A DNA stretch of 63,962 nucleotides, filler included, from Sanchytrium tribonematis (GCA_018985235.1; 6 parts of 6 records of this genome joined end to end with filler, not necessarily neighbours in it), one strand, 5' to 3'. Shown: positions 10,822 to 22,593, numbered from the whole stretch's first letter. Numbers and translations: made by a program. The notes: generated by a model not told the origin, from the letters alone.

Positions 10822-11175
10822 TGTTTACAAATTAGAAGGCCCTCTAAAAGATTCTATTATATTATACGGAGTTCCACTTACTATAAATTTTAACTTTTAC
10901 AATGCTTCGTGAATGAATTCAAGAATTCAAGACACGCATCAGTCTCATATTCCTTTCATCACATCTCACTAGATTGTAAAAAGAGAATGATAAGGCATTC
11001 AATTTAGTCATATCAAGAGTATTTAGTGATTTTTTCTTCATAAAATTCGTGTTACTAAATACTAAACTCAAATCGATTAAACCCAAGCCTGATCAATTTA
11101 ACCCAAAGCTCTAGTCTAGCCTATTTATTTATTTGTCTATTTAAAAAACTCAAAGCTCCTTTCTTGTCTATATAT

Positions 11176-11823
11176 TTATTTGTTTAAAATAAAGGATGTA
11201 TTTCCTGATAGAGTTTTGATAGTGTATAAACCTCCATGAACCACACCATCTTTCAGCCACTTTTCAATTTCCTTAGCAATCAAAGGCATAGGAGTCCAGG
11301 TAGATGTGTCCTGATCACCCATGTATTTTCTGTTACTGGGAGTGTCCAAGGTGATGGGTAAGAGACAAGCAACCTTTCCTGGAAAGTTGATATCAGCAGC
11401 CAAGCTTGAAACTAGATGATGCGTAGCAGCCTTGCTCATTCCGTATCCTATCATACCAGGTGTAGCATCTCTACCCGCCTCTGCCCCGAATAACACTAGT
11501 AGGCCTCCTTTCTTTAATTTTAAACTTGCGAGGTGTCCAGCAAGAGCGGCAGACAATGTATTCATGTGAAACATCTTACTTACGCTTTCTAACAACTCTT
11601 TGCTAGAAATAGATCCTCCAGCCCAGCCCCCAGCAGCAGATATAATACTATCTACTGACGGTAAATTGTCAAAATTGTCTGTCAACACGTCTTTAATGAT
11701 AACACTCTCATTAGCATCAGGATTTGGTCCGAAATCAAGACTGATAACATGAGCTTGAGTTTTTAAATGGCTTACAATTACCTTTCCCAGTTGTCCGTTA
11801 CCACCAATAACTAAAATCTTCAT
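11176..11823 (-). CDS. QDPR: Dihydropteridine reductase (SDR family)
   Basis: GGNGQLG, AAGGWAGG, TPGMIGYGMSKAATHHL, LPITLDTPSNRKYM. Confidence 0.92.
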   Translation of the reverse strand: MKILVIGGNGQLGKVIVSHLKTQAHVISLDFGPNPDANESVIIKDVLTDNFDNLPSVDSIISAAGGWAGGSISSKELLESVSKMFHMNTLSAALAGHLASLKLKKGGLLVLFGAEAGRDATPGMIGYGMSKAATHHLVSSLAADINFPGKVACLLPITLDTPSNRKYMGDQDTSTWTPMPLIAKEIEKWLKDGVVHGGLYTIKTLSGNTSFILNK

Positions 11824-11919
11824 CGAAACTTGGAGAGTTGCAATTTAATTTTACAAACCTTTTGTAAAAAGATCAATATTGTCCAGTCTATTGACTTGTT
11901 CAATTATATATAGTACAAT

Positions 11920-12708
11920 TTATTTTGATTCTAAGTCGACCCATAGACCGTGATACAATAATCTACAAGGCTCTTTTAAAATATATCTTTTGCGCAGAAA
12001 CAACATCCCATTGAGCCAAAATAAACCACTCATAGCAGTGAATACATGCCACCATGCATGCAAATACAAATTTTGGACGTATTCGCAAAAAAATCGATCA
12101 AACTCCCAAGCTATAAATCCAATAACTAATGAAAAAAAAGCATATTTCATCGAATCATAAAACAATTTAACTGTGGTGTGAGTGACTGGGTATGATATTG
12201 CTGGGGCCAAGAGTATTCCAAATGCTGCAAAAAATAATTCTGCATTTTTAAAAGCTATGTGACCAACCGACATTAAAAAACAAGCCATAATGGAAAATCG
12301 AGGTAAATTTGGATATTTTTTCTTTTGATGTGGCATTTCTATTACTATGTAACTTAGTGAACAGGTTAGATAGAGCATAGGAAGCTCATCTAACAATTGG
12401 AAATGGTATCTCAGTGTTCCATGAAAGGCTGCGCTTCCAAGCCCAACTACTATCATTAATAAAGCGACGCTTAAAAATCTCTTTTCTGTATGATGCTTGC
12501 GAAAATGAAAAAACAGGACTGCTCCAACAATTACTGTTAATAGATTTGAAAGGGTATTGAATGTCTCTGCCATAAATGAGAAATGCATATAGTCCGGCTC
12601 ACACCAATTGACTAGAGAGTCAGGAGCTCCCCATGGTGACATTTCATATTTGCGAGAATGAAATAATTTAACAGAGCTCATTTTAAAACAAAGGAGACAC
12701 AACATCAT
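11920..12708 (-). CDS. Alkaline ceramidase (ACER3/Ypc1-like); true start possibly MSPWG at 12642
   Basis: NWCEPDY, AETFNTLSN, GSAAFHGTL, QLLDELPM, LHAWWHVFT. Confidence 0.9.
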   Translation of the reverse strand: MMLCLLCFKMSSVKLFHSRKYEMSPWGAPDSLVNWCEPDYMHFSFMAETFNTLSNLLTVIVGAVLFFHFRKHHTEKRFLSVALLMIVVGLGSAAFHGTLRYHFQLLDELPMLYLTCSLSYIVIEMPHQKKKYPNLPRFSIMACFLMSVGHIAFKNAELFFAAFGILLAPAISYPVTHTTVKLFYDSMKYAFFSLVIGFIAWEFDRFFCEYVQNLYLHAWWHVFTAMSGLFWLNGMLFLRKRYILKEPCRLLYHGLWVDLESK

Positions 12709-12936
12709 ATTTTTACCAAGATCCTCTTTCCTTCATGTTAAAAATAATCCATACAAATTTCAAATACTATATTTGCTTTTATAAAATTATGTTTTTCTTT
12801 CAAGGCAATATAGGATTTGCTTTGGAAGAAGTCCAGGAAGGACGGATCATTTCATTGATATGATACATATCCCTATGTTAGTCTCATGTTCTGTTTTCGA
12901 TGACTTTAGATTCTCAAAATATTATGAAACATATCC

Positions 12937-14283
12937 ATGTCAATTCCTAAACTGATAAAAAGTGACTTAGAGTTAAATCCACATACAAAATTAGATGCCG
13001 CAAAAATAGGCAAAGACATATTGCTAACCCAATGGGAAATGTCATTCTTTAAAGCTCAATTTCCAACTTCATTTGCAAAATTTAAAATGAACCTTTCAGA
13101 ATACCCCGGATATTATGAGTATTTTGAATACTATTCTATTGTTTATTTAAAGACCTTTAAATCTTCAGTTCATATGAAAATCCTCCACCCTCGAGCTTTT
13201 CTTGATGTGTCAGAAGCAATTTACAATAACATATTTGAAAATACACCCACTGTATTAGTTGACGGATGGAAACATGAAAATGTCCATTGCACCTCCTCTG
13301 ATATTTTCGTATTAGAATTAAGAAAAGAATTGGCATTGGATGGTTATTATGGATCTCGATTTGATATCATTCGCTTTTACCATTCGTTTTATTTGCATGT
13401 TATTACTTGGATCAAAAAGAAATCCAAAAAATTAGAGAATATTGAATTCGATAAAGGGCTCAAGAATTGGAGTACCAAACTTGATCGAGCTGTTGAATTT
13501 GTTCAGTGGAAACAAAGTAGGGAATTTCCCATAGAATCGTCTATGATTGATGAATTAGCCGAAGCAATGTTAATATGTTTAGACGACATTGCATGTGAAA
13601 GAGTTACTAATGCTGGGGAATCTAAAGATAATTTTAACGTGGTCCGATTCAAAGATAATTATGAAATATATGCAGATTCAAAGACCACATGCAAACTCGT
13701 AGAAGAAACTTACGTGGAGCTTCTACGCGAAATGGAATTGGATGTGCAATTTGAAGACGATTGGACCTGTCGAAAAATGTCGAATGAACAATCTAAAGAT
13801 CCTATTAATTTAATTAGAAGCAGCAATTTGACTACGGGCTACGACTTGTTGAAAAATTCGGTCCACTCCATGGACTATGCGCATGTTCTACGTAGTTATG
13901 TAGAACGTGCCCTTTCGCAAAATAATAGAGATCGACTTAAGCAGCTGCTAAAATTACATCCACAATCTGTAAAGCCAATTTTGAGTAAAATTGAGTCAAG
14001 CCTTTTAATCAACACAATCAGCGACTGTTTATTGGACTCTATTGATTTATATTTATTCGGTGGCATTACTTGTCAATTTCTCTGCATACTTGACTTTGTT
14101 TTAAAGCACAAAGCCCTCATTTGGGAAACTTGGAGGAATCATCTTAAAATACAACAAATTTTAAAAAAATATGAGAAGGACCCGTTTATTAAAGTGTATG
14201 TAAAATGCCTGGAAGGAAATGGCAATGGTTTAGATTTAAATATGACTCTCCAAGAATTCATTGAATTTCTTGAACGTCCTTAG
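12937..14283 (+). CDS. Hypothetical protein
   Basis: 448-aa ORF; no motif recognised. Confidence 0.55.
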   Translation: MSIPKLIKSDLELNPHTKLDAAKIGKDILLTQWEMSFFKAQFPTSFAKFKMNLSEYPGYYEYFEYYSIVYLKTFKSSVHMKILHPRAFLDVSEAIYNNIFENTPTVLVDGWKHENVHCTSSDIFVLELRKELALDGYYGSRFDIIRFYHSFYLHVITWIKKKSKKLENIEFDKGLKNWSTKLDRAVEFVQWKQSREFPIESSMIDELAEAMLICLDDIACERVTNAGESKDNFNVVRFKDNYEIYADSKTTCKLVEETYVELLREMELDVQFEDDWTCRKMSNEQSKDPINLIRSSNLTTGYDLLKNSVHSMDYAHVLRSYVERALSQNNRDRLKQLLKLHPQSVKPILSKIESSLLINTISDCLLDSIDLYLFGGITCQFLCILDFVLKHKALIWETWRNHLKIQQILKKYEKDPFIKVYVKCLEGNGNGLDLNMTLQEFIEFLERP

Positions 14284-14613
14284 GAGAAATAATCATTGAA
14301 ATTTAAGGGAAATGTTTCAAAAATTTCTCCAGACTAATTTCCAAAGCGCAATTGACATGAAGTCATCCTAGTCTAGTAATCACTTTTCGAAGGTCGTCAT
14401 GGTCTAAAAATGGAAAATTGCTCGGCTTGATTTCACTGAGCATGTCCCATATGGTCAAAATGCCAATTTAGGAGCGCCAATTGTCAAAAAGTGGTCTACG
14501 AAAAGAAAACGGGAATAAAGTCGCTATCAGTTGACTCAAATAAATAACTCATTGACTGTCTTCGTCACCCTTAAAATTATTGTGAAAAAATTGCAATTTC
14601 ATACCAGGGGAAA

Positions 14614-15132
14614 ATGTACCCATTTCTTCTTTTCATTGCGATTTCATTGCCAACAAAAGACGAAAATTCTCAAAATTGGTCTTACTCACAGGGCCTTGCG
14701 AACGCTGCCAACTCTCTTGATATATTTCTTAGCGTTATTTATTTGACAAAATTTTTTACTGGCACCAGTCTCGCTTTTATGTTTTCATCTCCCTCACCTC
14801 AAAGAAAGGAAATTTATAAAGTAGGTCAGAAATTGGACATTTCTTTTCAGGGTACAGTTGGCGGTATGAATTTTTCCAAAGGATTATTAAACATTCAATG
14901 TCCAAACTATCAGGAAACAATATTTAAAGGTTATATGACTAAATTGTTTGAAGTGCCACTTTTCTCACTTGGTCGAAATTTTGTTCCCTCGGTACCAATA
15001 GAATTGAAATTAAATCGCAAAATGAAAGGAGATTGCACATTAATTATGACAACAGACTCGCTAAGTCCAACATCTAAAAAATATAGTTGGAATCGAGTCT
15101 CCCAATCTGCGAGATTTACAGTTATAGAATAA
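14614..15132 (+). CDS. Hypothetical secreted protein
   Basis: Short hydrophobic N-terminus MYPFLLFIAIS followed by a beta-rich region. Confidence 0.5.
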   Translation: MYPFLLFIAISLPTKDENSQNWSYSQGLANAANSLDIFLSVIYLTKFFTGTSLAFMFSSPSPQRKEIYKVGQKLDISFQGTVGGMNFSKGLLNIQCPNYQETIFKGYMTKLFEVPLFSLGRNFVPSVPIELKLNRKMKGDCTLIMTTDSLSPTSKKYSWNRVSQSARFTVIE

Positions 15133-15281
15133 ATCAGAACGATATTATAAAATATAACGTATTTGTTGACCTTTTTGATACCCAAATATCCACTTTTACC
15201 TTGTTTTCGATTTGCTGGAGTCCTACTCGTCAAATTAATCATTTAAAATACTGAAATCCGTTTGTAATAAGTAAAGTGGAA

Positions 15282-16283
15282 TCAAACCAAAAGGTCTTTA
15301 ATAGGCTTTAATCTCAAAAATGCATCTGTGCCGTGACCATAGAGACTTACAATATCTAGTCTACCATTGAAAAAATTCGCATACACTTTTGTCATTCCAA
15401 GACCGTATCCAAGTCCAGCCAAAACACCACCTGTTTGATTTGCAACCATGTGTTGCATGTGATCATTATCAACGGTAGAAAACGAATACTTGTATATTTT
15501 ATCTGCATTTTTTGGATGTATACCTTTACCACAATCCTTAATTGATATAACAACGTCGTCGTATTTGGATATTTGGATATTAATTGGCTGGCTTTCATTA
15601 TTTTGGATTGTGGCAATTACAGAATTCTTGATGAGTTCAGTCATCATGTATTCAACGTGAGAAGCTACAAATGGAATTAAGGCGTTACCAGATACATTAA
15701 TTTGCGGATATTTGCCATATTGCATTCGAAAAGGATCTTCTAATTGATTAATAACAAATTTAATGACATCGGCGATATCAACTTCATTTAAAACTCCGTT
15801 TTTTGTGTATTGCTCGACTAAAAGTCTAATTGATATTCTCCAGGCTATAAATTGGTCAATAAATTTCTGAGTTTGCTCTTCTTTCATATAATCCGTGCAT
15901 TCGCGCATGCCTTGACTCAGATTAATGAGCGTGTTGGCATGATTGTTTAAAAGTTGCTCCAAAAGTAATGAAAATTTTGGAAGATTTGTATCATCCACTT
16001 GAGGAAACTTTGAAAGCGATTTGTAACTTTCGACGTAATTTTGGTGCACAGATTTAATATGTGGATTACAACCGACAATAAAAGGTAGATGTTCAAATTG
16101 TTTAATATTGTCTTTTACACGTTTAGGCACTTCTTTCTTGAGAAATTGGGCATATTTTATAGCAGTACCGAATCCACTTACTGAAATTCTTTTCATCAAA
16201 AACAAGGAGTTTTGCTGATTTATTTGAGCTCCTGATACGCAAGTAGAAAATTGAACATGATTTACGTGTTTTATTTTCGTCAT
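15282..16283 (-). CDS. Mitochondrial alpha-ketoacid dehydrogenase kinase (PDK/BCKDK family)
   Basis: RISIRLLVEQ, ELIKNS, IKDCGKGI, YSFST, LAGLGYGLGMTKVYANFFNG, GHGTDAFLRL. Confidence 0.9.
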   Translation of the reverse strand: MTKIKHVNHVQFSTCVSGAQINQQNSLFLMKRISVSGFGTAIKYAQFLKKEVPKRVKDNIKQFEHLPFIVGCNPHIKSVHQNYVESYKSLSKFPQVDDTNLPKFSLLLEQLLNNHANTLINLSQGMRECTDYMKEEQTQKFIDQFIAWRISIRLLVEQYTKNGVLNEVDIADVIKFVINQLEDPFRMQYGKYPQINVSGNALIPFVASHVEYMMTELIKNSVIATIQNNESQPINIQISKYDDVVISIKDCGKGIHPKNADKIYKYSFSTVDNDHMQHMVANQTGGVLAGLGYGLGMTKVYANFFNGRLDIVSLYGHGTDAFLRLKPIKDLLV

Positions 16284-16795
16284 TAATTCCTCAATTTCAG
16301 CCTAATCAAATTTTTTTCCTTGATGTCAAATTGAGTTGCACAAGATCCTTTTAATCGAGTTTCGACTGGGAATAGCCTAAGTTTTCCATATACCAATAAG
16401 CTGTTACATATTTTTGTAAATTAAATTTTCTTTTAATTCTAACTTATGCTTGGTACCAGGCTCCAAAATACCCTTTTTTTAATTGCAGGAAATAAGCGAC
16501 ACCCGCTGATAATTTGAGTCAAAGGCAATCTTCGAAATGGTGAATTTGACATTGCCGTTACAATTTAGGTAGCAATTTTGTTGTGGTTTCCTCACTCGTA
16601 CGTTTGCAGCTGATCACACAAAGAAGCTTTCTTTTTAATATAAAAAATTTGCAGCTAATCTGCAAATCGGCTAAGTTCCTAAATCAGTGGTTTATGATTT
16701 TCGACTAAATACTAGTCGAGAAATTTCTTCATGATGGAATCAAAACCTTACAAACTTTTCGTGGATCATTAAATATAGTTTTATCCCTTTAAAGC

Positions 16796-16921
16796 ATGAG
16801 CGATTTAGTTGCCATAGGTGTTATATTTGCTGGATATTACTACATATCTTCCTATGATTTAAAAAAGAGAAAAGAAAAGAGGGAGAAAGCACTCAAAGAG
16901 TACGAAATCATTTGGAAGTAA
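16796..16921 (+). CDS. Putative 41-aa single-pass membrane microprotein
   Basis: MSDLVAIGVIFAGYYYISSYDLKKRKEKREKALKEYEIIWK*, followed by AATAAA-like sequence. Confidence 0.4.
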   Translation: MSDLVAIGVIFAGYYYISSYDLKKRKEKREKALKEYEIIWK

Positions 16922-17400
16922 TAAATAAACCTTGTTCTAATGTAAGTCGAAAATTTAAATTTATTCTGGGTCAAACCTGGATATTTTTTTTTAAAGGATT
17001 CAGACTGTTAAATGGAAGTGAATCTAGGTATGCTAAATATATACATTAAAATGAAAAATGTTAGAGCGAATTACTCTGTAGTTTAAAATCAAAAGGATCT
17101 TTCAATATAGAATTCCGAGAAATTTAAATATAATCACAATATTCACTGGTTCTGTAACCAGACAATATCGTCATAATCTAGATCAGAAATTGATTCTTTT
17201 AAATATTCAAAAATTTCTCGACTGTTATAAATTCATTTAAAAATGATTACTTTAGGGACAAATCAGCAACATTTAACTTGGTATGTTTATCTTCCTTAGC
17301 CACATAGGCAGAGGATCATGTCATGTATTTATACATGTCATTTTTACTATATACAAATTCGAAATACTCAAGCCACATATTTTCAAACATCGCGTGTCTT

Positions 17401-18658
17401 ATGCTACTTTTAACATCGTTATCTGCTATAATACCAACCTTTAAAGAAGTGAAAAACTCTTATTCACATCAACATATTATAGAAAAAATAGATGTTACTG
17501 AAAATCAGTGTCTCAATATATGCGCCAAGGACGAATTTTGTATGGGATACTCTCATGATAATGTCGTGTGCACTAGATACTTTTATTTGCCACAATTCTC
17601 AATGGAATCATCTTCATTCTCACTGTTTATTAAAGATTCTCCCTTCCCTGGCTCATTTTTTGATCATCAAATTTTTATGCGAAGGGCGTGTACAAATAAC
17701 TGCGATGGTTATATATGTGACTATGAAATAGGCGATAAATGGTATCCATGTAATAATTCCATCGCAATGACCACAAATTTGACTTTAAAATTTGAAAATC
17801 ATCCTTTGCTAATAGCTCCATTTCAGTATTGGAAAAACATTTCAGACAATACTTCATTATTTGAGTGCCTTTTAAACTGTGATAAATATCCAAGTTGCAA
17901 TGCTGTTCAATACATTTTCAACGATACAACTTGTGCGATGCTAGATGTTTGGCCAGGTGAATTATTGGAATCAGATATTAATCATTTGAGATCTAAAAAT
18001 TTGGATGGTGAATTATTTTTAAAGACCGACTACCATAGTTTAGGGTTTAGACTTTCTAACACGATTCCTATTTTGAGTGACTCTTCACTAAATATTACTT
18101 TAAATGAATGCTTGAACTTTTGCAAAACTGAAAAACAATGTCAAAGTGTCTATTATGATACCAGGTGCTATTTGTACTATGAAGATATTCATTTACTTGA
18201 TTCACAAAAGGAGGGTTTGCATTTTATCAAAATGGAAGCAGCAGTTGTTGCTACTACAACCACGAAATTTGCCAACAAAACAACCATCAAAACGACCAAA
18301 TCACCCAGTGGTATATTATACTTATTTAGGCGATTCAATCAATATAGGTGTTCCAGTTTCTTTGACTATTTTGATAACAGTATTTGCAGGATTCATAATT
18401 GTCATCACATTTTTTTGCTTTTTTATTCTGCGTTGGAATGCTCGAAAAGAAATGGTTATTGCTTTAAAGAGTCTTCATAAACAAGAAAAGGAAGAACACG
18501 AAAAACAGGTTGAGGAGGGAAAAAAGAAAGAATCGCTCAATCACACTTTGGGTGGTAACACATTTGAAGGCGACAATAGAATTGCTATTTTAGATGATGG
18601 TCCTGTCTTAGATACAGACGATAAAAGAAAACCAATTGACGAGGAAAATGATGATTAG
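17401..18658 (+). CDS. PAN/Apple-domain type I membrane protein (exons 17401-18310, 18330-18658)
   Basis: Short signal peptide, three CxxxC...C...C PAN-like modules, Thr-rich stalk; splicing adds a TM helix and charged tail. Confidence 0.75.
18311..18329 (+). other. 19-nt spliceosomal intron
   Basis: GTATATTATACTTATTTAG; spliced SPSG|DSINIGVP joins ectodomain to TM exon. Confidence 0.85.
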
Positions 18659-18876
18659 TCAATATTTTCATGTACTGAGATCGGAATTCTCTTATAAATA
18701 ATTTGTATTTTATATTTTGACATGTCTCTCTTAGAATTATTGACTCCAATGACTTTAAAATTTTTACAGATGGTGTTCCAAATTCGCATTTTTTTAGAAA
18801 TTGGGAGTTATGTCAGACATGTGATTGGTTGACCCTCGTGTTTTTTGCTCAAATATAGCAATGTCAAATTGAATAA

Positions 18877-19314
18877 ATGGTCTTGAAATTAGATACTTGC
18901 GCCTTTAGTGGCAATAAAATCTATCCAGGAAGAGTAAGATTATTTGCTAGAGTTGATAACAAGACATTTAAATTTGGTACCAGTAAATCCAGCAGTCTTT
19001 TCAGACAACGTAAAAATCCTAGAAAATTAGTATGGACCCAAATGTATAGACTCGCTAATAAGAAAGGTGTTCACGAATCTTTCAGTAAAAAGAGAGTCAG
19101 ACGAAAGGTTAATGTTGAAAGACCAGTTGAAGGTGTTTCTCTTGAGACCATTAAAGCTAAAAAAGCACAAACTAGTGAATTTAGAAATTCTCAAAGAGAC
19201 TCTGCTTTAAAGGAAGCCAAGGAAAAAAAGAAAGCCGAAGAAAAAGCTAAACAAATGAAAAAGGCTGAAAAATCAAAAACTAGTTCCAAGAAATCCGGCT
19301 CAAAGAAGAAGTAA
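18877..19314 (+). CDS. RPL24: 60S ribosomal protein L24 (eL24)
   Basis: CAFSGNKIYPGR, RKNPRKLVWTQMYRLANKKG. Confidence 0.95.
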   Translation: MVLKLDTCAFSGNKIYPGRVRLFARVDNKTFKFGTSKSSSLFRQRKNPRKLVWTQMYRLANKKGVHESFSKKRVRRKVNVERPVEGVSLETIKAKKAQTSEFRNSQRDSALKEAKEKKKAEEKAKQMKKAEKSKTSSKKSGSKKK

Positions 19315-19748
19315 ATTATTAATTCTTTGAATTTGGAAATTTGTTTGTTCTTCTTTTGCAATAGAATTGTTCAGTTTGTAATTTAAACATTTCTGAAGAT
19401 AATTAGACAGGAGACATTGCATTTATAACTGATGAAATGAGACAATAAAACCATTAATTGGCTTTTTGAGAATGACAGACGTGGGCTTGATGAGAAATTT
19501 CAATAAATGTTGTACACATAAACGATAGGCAATTTTATCACGCACAGTCATTTTTGAAATTTATATAGAAGTTACCCTTGTTAAGGAATCTCAAAGCTTT
19601 GAATGAAATTTGTAGCAAGAAGAAAACATTATTTTTTATTGTGAGCCTTGATAAAATTAATTTGTCTAGAACTCAAAATATTTGTATAAATTCCTATGCC
19701 TAATCAGGTTTACTAATTTTCGAAAGTGCTGGTTTATTTTATATACAA

Positions 19749-21140
19749 TCAAATCTGTTTAAATATTTTTTCGCCTTTAGTTACAAGAGTGCTGTGCTGC
19801 AAATTTAATTTCCTACACTCCATTTCCTGTAATACCATGACAAAACCAATATTGGGACTCATGGTGGGTCTTCTTTCGCGAAGATATTCATAAGCATCGT
19901 ACAACGTCATTTGTAAATACTCCATCAGAAAAGCAAGCACTACAGTCACACTCCTGCTCTGTCCAACTTTGCAATGAACATAAACTTTTGGCTTTTCAGT
20001 GGTTTGCTTCACATTCATGAGATACCTTACGGCTTCTCCGAGCTGTTGGTCGACTTCTTCATCCACACTATCTTTGACTTCAAAATGTTTGTAGGCAACG
20101 AGTTTTTCTATTTCTAAATCAGGATCTGGTTGGCATTCCTTCGCCATATTAAGTACGTGAGTAATTTTGTGTTCCTTTAAAAACTGCAATACTTCAGGAC
20201 TTGATTGCGAAAATAAATCAGGCCCGAGGATTAAAAAATCATCTAATATGGAGCTTGGGTTGAAAGTTAAAGTGGCATTTAGACCAGGAGAATCAATACT
20301 ACTCAAGGGCGAGGGTGTCTTTCCTTCTTCATGAGTCGGAGACCTTAAACTCTCGACGCTAAATTGACTACTTGCACTTCCGATGGGTGTATTGTTTTTG
20401 TCTTGGGTAAATAAATTAATTCCTGTCAAATTAAGAGCGCGACTTTGCTTTCTTTTTATGTCCGTATTCAAAACCAGCCCAGTGTTTCGATCATCCTCTG
20501 TATTTAAAATGCTGGTCAACAATTTTTGGAAAAGTGGATTTTGCTGACATTTCTCACTGACTGCCTTATAGCCACCGGTAACCCAATATACGGTAAACCC
20601 TTGACTCTCCAAACCTTGTATTAGTTGGTATACTACTGAGTTCGGAGTAGGCGATGCTGAATCATAAAAACAAAATGTTTGTTTGTCCTTTGAGAATTTT
20701 ATAAAAGAATTTCGTAGTTCCTCGTTATTTGGAATAACAAATTGATCAATAGTAAGAGATGGAGAGTCATTAGGATTGGCGGTCATAGCTCTTGGTGCTA
20801 AGCTAGCTTTTCGAGCCCATCTTTTTGTCATCATGTTATCGACCAAAATGTTCCAGCTGCCTTTTAAATGACTTTTTAAATAAGAATCCTCTTTTCTAAT
20901 ATCTGCTACAATGGGCCATTTTGATAATTCTTGAAACTGATTTAAATTTTGAAGCCATGTGTCTAACGGAAAGCCGATCAAGTATGTGAGAAATTCTTCA
21001 ACACTAATTAGCTTAACATCGGTTGGATGGGCACTTAAAGGAAAAGCAGATTTTATTTCAGCATTATTAGAAATGTCTATCTTTAGGCTCTTCTTGTTTT
21101 CATTCAGGCTTAATTGCTTAAATTTCTGTTTGGCATCCAT
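19749..21140 (-). CDS. Dual-specificity (MAP kinase) phosphatase with rhodanese domain
   Basis: DIRK..Y..SHLKGS and GGY rhodanese elements; catalytic VHCKVGQSRS; RRPTMSPNIGF. Confidence 0.9.
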   Translation of the reverse strand: MDAKQKFKQLSLNENKKSLKIDISNNAEIKSAFPLSAHPTDVKLISVEEFLTYLIGFPLDTWLQNLNQFQELSKWPIVADIRKEDSYLKSHLKGSWNILVDNMMTKRWARKASLAPRAMTANPNDSPSLTIDQFVIPNNEELRNSFIKFSKDKQTFCFYDSASPTPNSVVYQLIQGLESQGFTVYWVTGGYKAVSEKCQQNPLFQKLLTSILNTEDDRNTGLVLNTDIKRKQSRALNLTGINLFTQDKNNTPIGSASSQFSVESLRSPTHEEGKTPSPLSSIDSPGLNATLTFNPSSILDDFLILGPDLFSQSSPEVLQFLKEHKITHVLNMAKECQPDPDLEIEKLVAYKHFEVKDSVDEEVDQQLGEAVRYLMNVKQTTEKPKVYVHCKVGQSRSVTVVLAFLMEYLQMTLYDAYEYLRERRPTMSPNIGFVMVLQEMECRKLNLQHSTLVTKGEKIFKQI

Positions 21141-21269
21141 TTGTTTCAAGTTCAAAAAAGATTTTTTTAGCGGCTATAAAGTTGTGAATTTATTGATTTG
21201 ACAATTCAACAAACAACTCAAAATTTTAGAATTAGCCTCCATTCACTAGAGGAAATAGGGACTATCTCC

Positions 21270-21425
21270 ATGTTTTACCTATCATTTTACATTTTTGGCA
21301 TTGACTGCTCAGCACAATATTTACCAAGCACATGTTTGTCAAAATTGGCTTCATCTTGTTACTTTGATAAAATTCAAGGCAGTAATCTTTCCGACATATC
21401 TACAAATACAGCAATTGTTTGCTCA
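21270..21425 (+). CDS. 5' part of a putative secreted Cys-containing protein (partial)
   Basis: MFYLSFYIFGIDCSAQYLPSTC..., open to the contig end. Confidence 0.35.
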
Positions 21426-21525
21426 NNNNNNNNNNNNNNNNNNNNNNNNNNNNNNNNNNNNNNNNNNNNTTAATTAATTAANNNNNNNNNNNNNNNNNNN
21501 NNNNNNNNNNNNNNNNNNNNNNNNN
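21426..21525. other. Artificial contig linker
   Basis: N44-TTAATTAATTAA-N44. Confidence 0.97.
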
Positions 21526-22461
21526 ATTCGTACAAAATTGTTGTATTTCGGATCTTTATTTGGAACTCAAAAGTTGTTATTGCACGAAAATGAAAACTCG
21601 GCAATTCATGAATATGTTGCAGACAATTTTCAATTTAATTCTAATAACTTAATTGTTGAACAGGCAGATCGAATTAGAATTAAACTGGGAGACTACATTG
21701 GTGTACATTTTCGAACTGGTGAGAAGCAATTTAGTGGAGGCGCCAAATACTTTATGGACTCACTCACAAATCAATTAAGACAATATTATTCCAAATTTAT
21801 ATCCAATTTCGATCAAGATTTACAAGGCTTTCCAAATTTTATTAATTCTCCATCGGTCAATGAAATCATTTACAATGTACAAAATAACTCATACACGTTT
21901 AAAAATGTTGCAACGTTTGATACTACATATTCATTTTCTTTAGCCGAATTACAAAGCCAAGACACTTTTTCGAGATTAGAAAAATGCAAAAGGATGGTAA
22001 AGAGTGATTTAAAGATGACAAATATTACCTATACTCCTTTGGTTATTTACATGGCAACAGATGAAAAAATGATTTCAAAAAATGAAAATATACAAAATTT
22101 TCTTCAACTGTTTCCCTGCACTTTCTTCCTATCAGACTTCGAAATTAATATTCCGAAGAATCAGCATCTATTTATCGATCAATACTTATCGGGGACGGGA
22201 GTTGCATTTTTCGGAAATAGAGTCAGTACCTTTTCAATGTTCAGCAAAAAAATTTATCTGTTGAAAAGCGATTGCAAAGAGCGATCTCATGAATACGAAA
22301 ATCAAATGAATTTAAATCAAGTGGACTTTTACCTAAAAAAGATGCTACCGTCCGGGTCAAATTTGAGTGGCACGTCAATTTGGCTCGAAAGTATCCCTGA
22401 AGAATATAAGCACAATATATATTGGAAAATAGTCGGTTGCGGTTATCTACAGATGATATAA
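21526..22461 (+). CDS. O-fucosyltransferase-like glycosyltransferase, C-terminal part (partial)
   Basis: YFGSLFG, YIGVHFRTGE, IYMATD, FIDQYL, FFGNRVSTFS motifs of the GDP-fucose transferase fold. Confidence 0.75.
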   Translation: MRTKLLYFGSLFGTQKLLLHENENSAIHEYVADNFQFNSNNLIVEQADRIRIKLGDYIGVHFRTGEKQFSGGAKYFMDSLTNQLRQYYSKFISNFDQDLQGFPNFINSPSVNEIIYNVQNNSYTFKNVATFDTTYSFSLAELQSQDTFSRLEKCKRMVKSDLKMTNITYTPLVIYMATDEKMISKNENIQNFLQLFPCTFFLSDFEINIPKNQHLFIDQYLSGTGVAFFGNRVSTFSMFSKKIYLLKSDCKERSHEYENQMNLNQVDFYLKKMLPSGSNLSGTSIWLESIPEEYKHNIYWKIVGCGYLQMI

Positions 22462-22593
22462 TTTAATAAATCGAATAGAAAATTTAAGGGACTTATCACA
22501 ATTATCATTTCAGGAAAATGACGCGATAAAAGTCACGCTGCTTTGGTGAAGGTAGTTTTTGTATGTTTTGTCCCCCAAAGGAGAGAATAAGAG

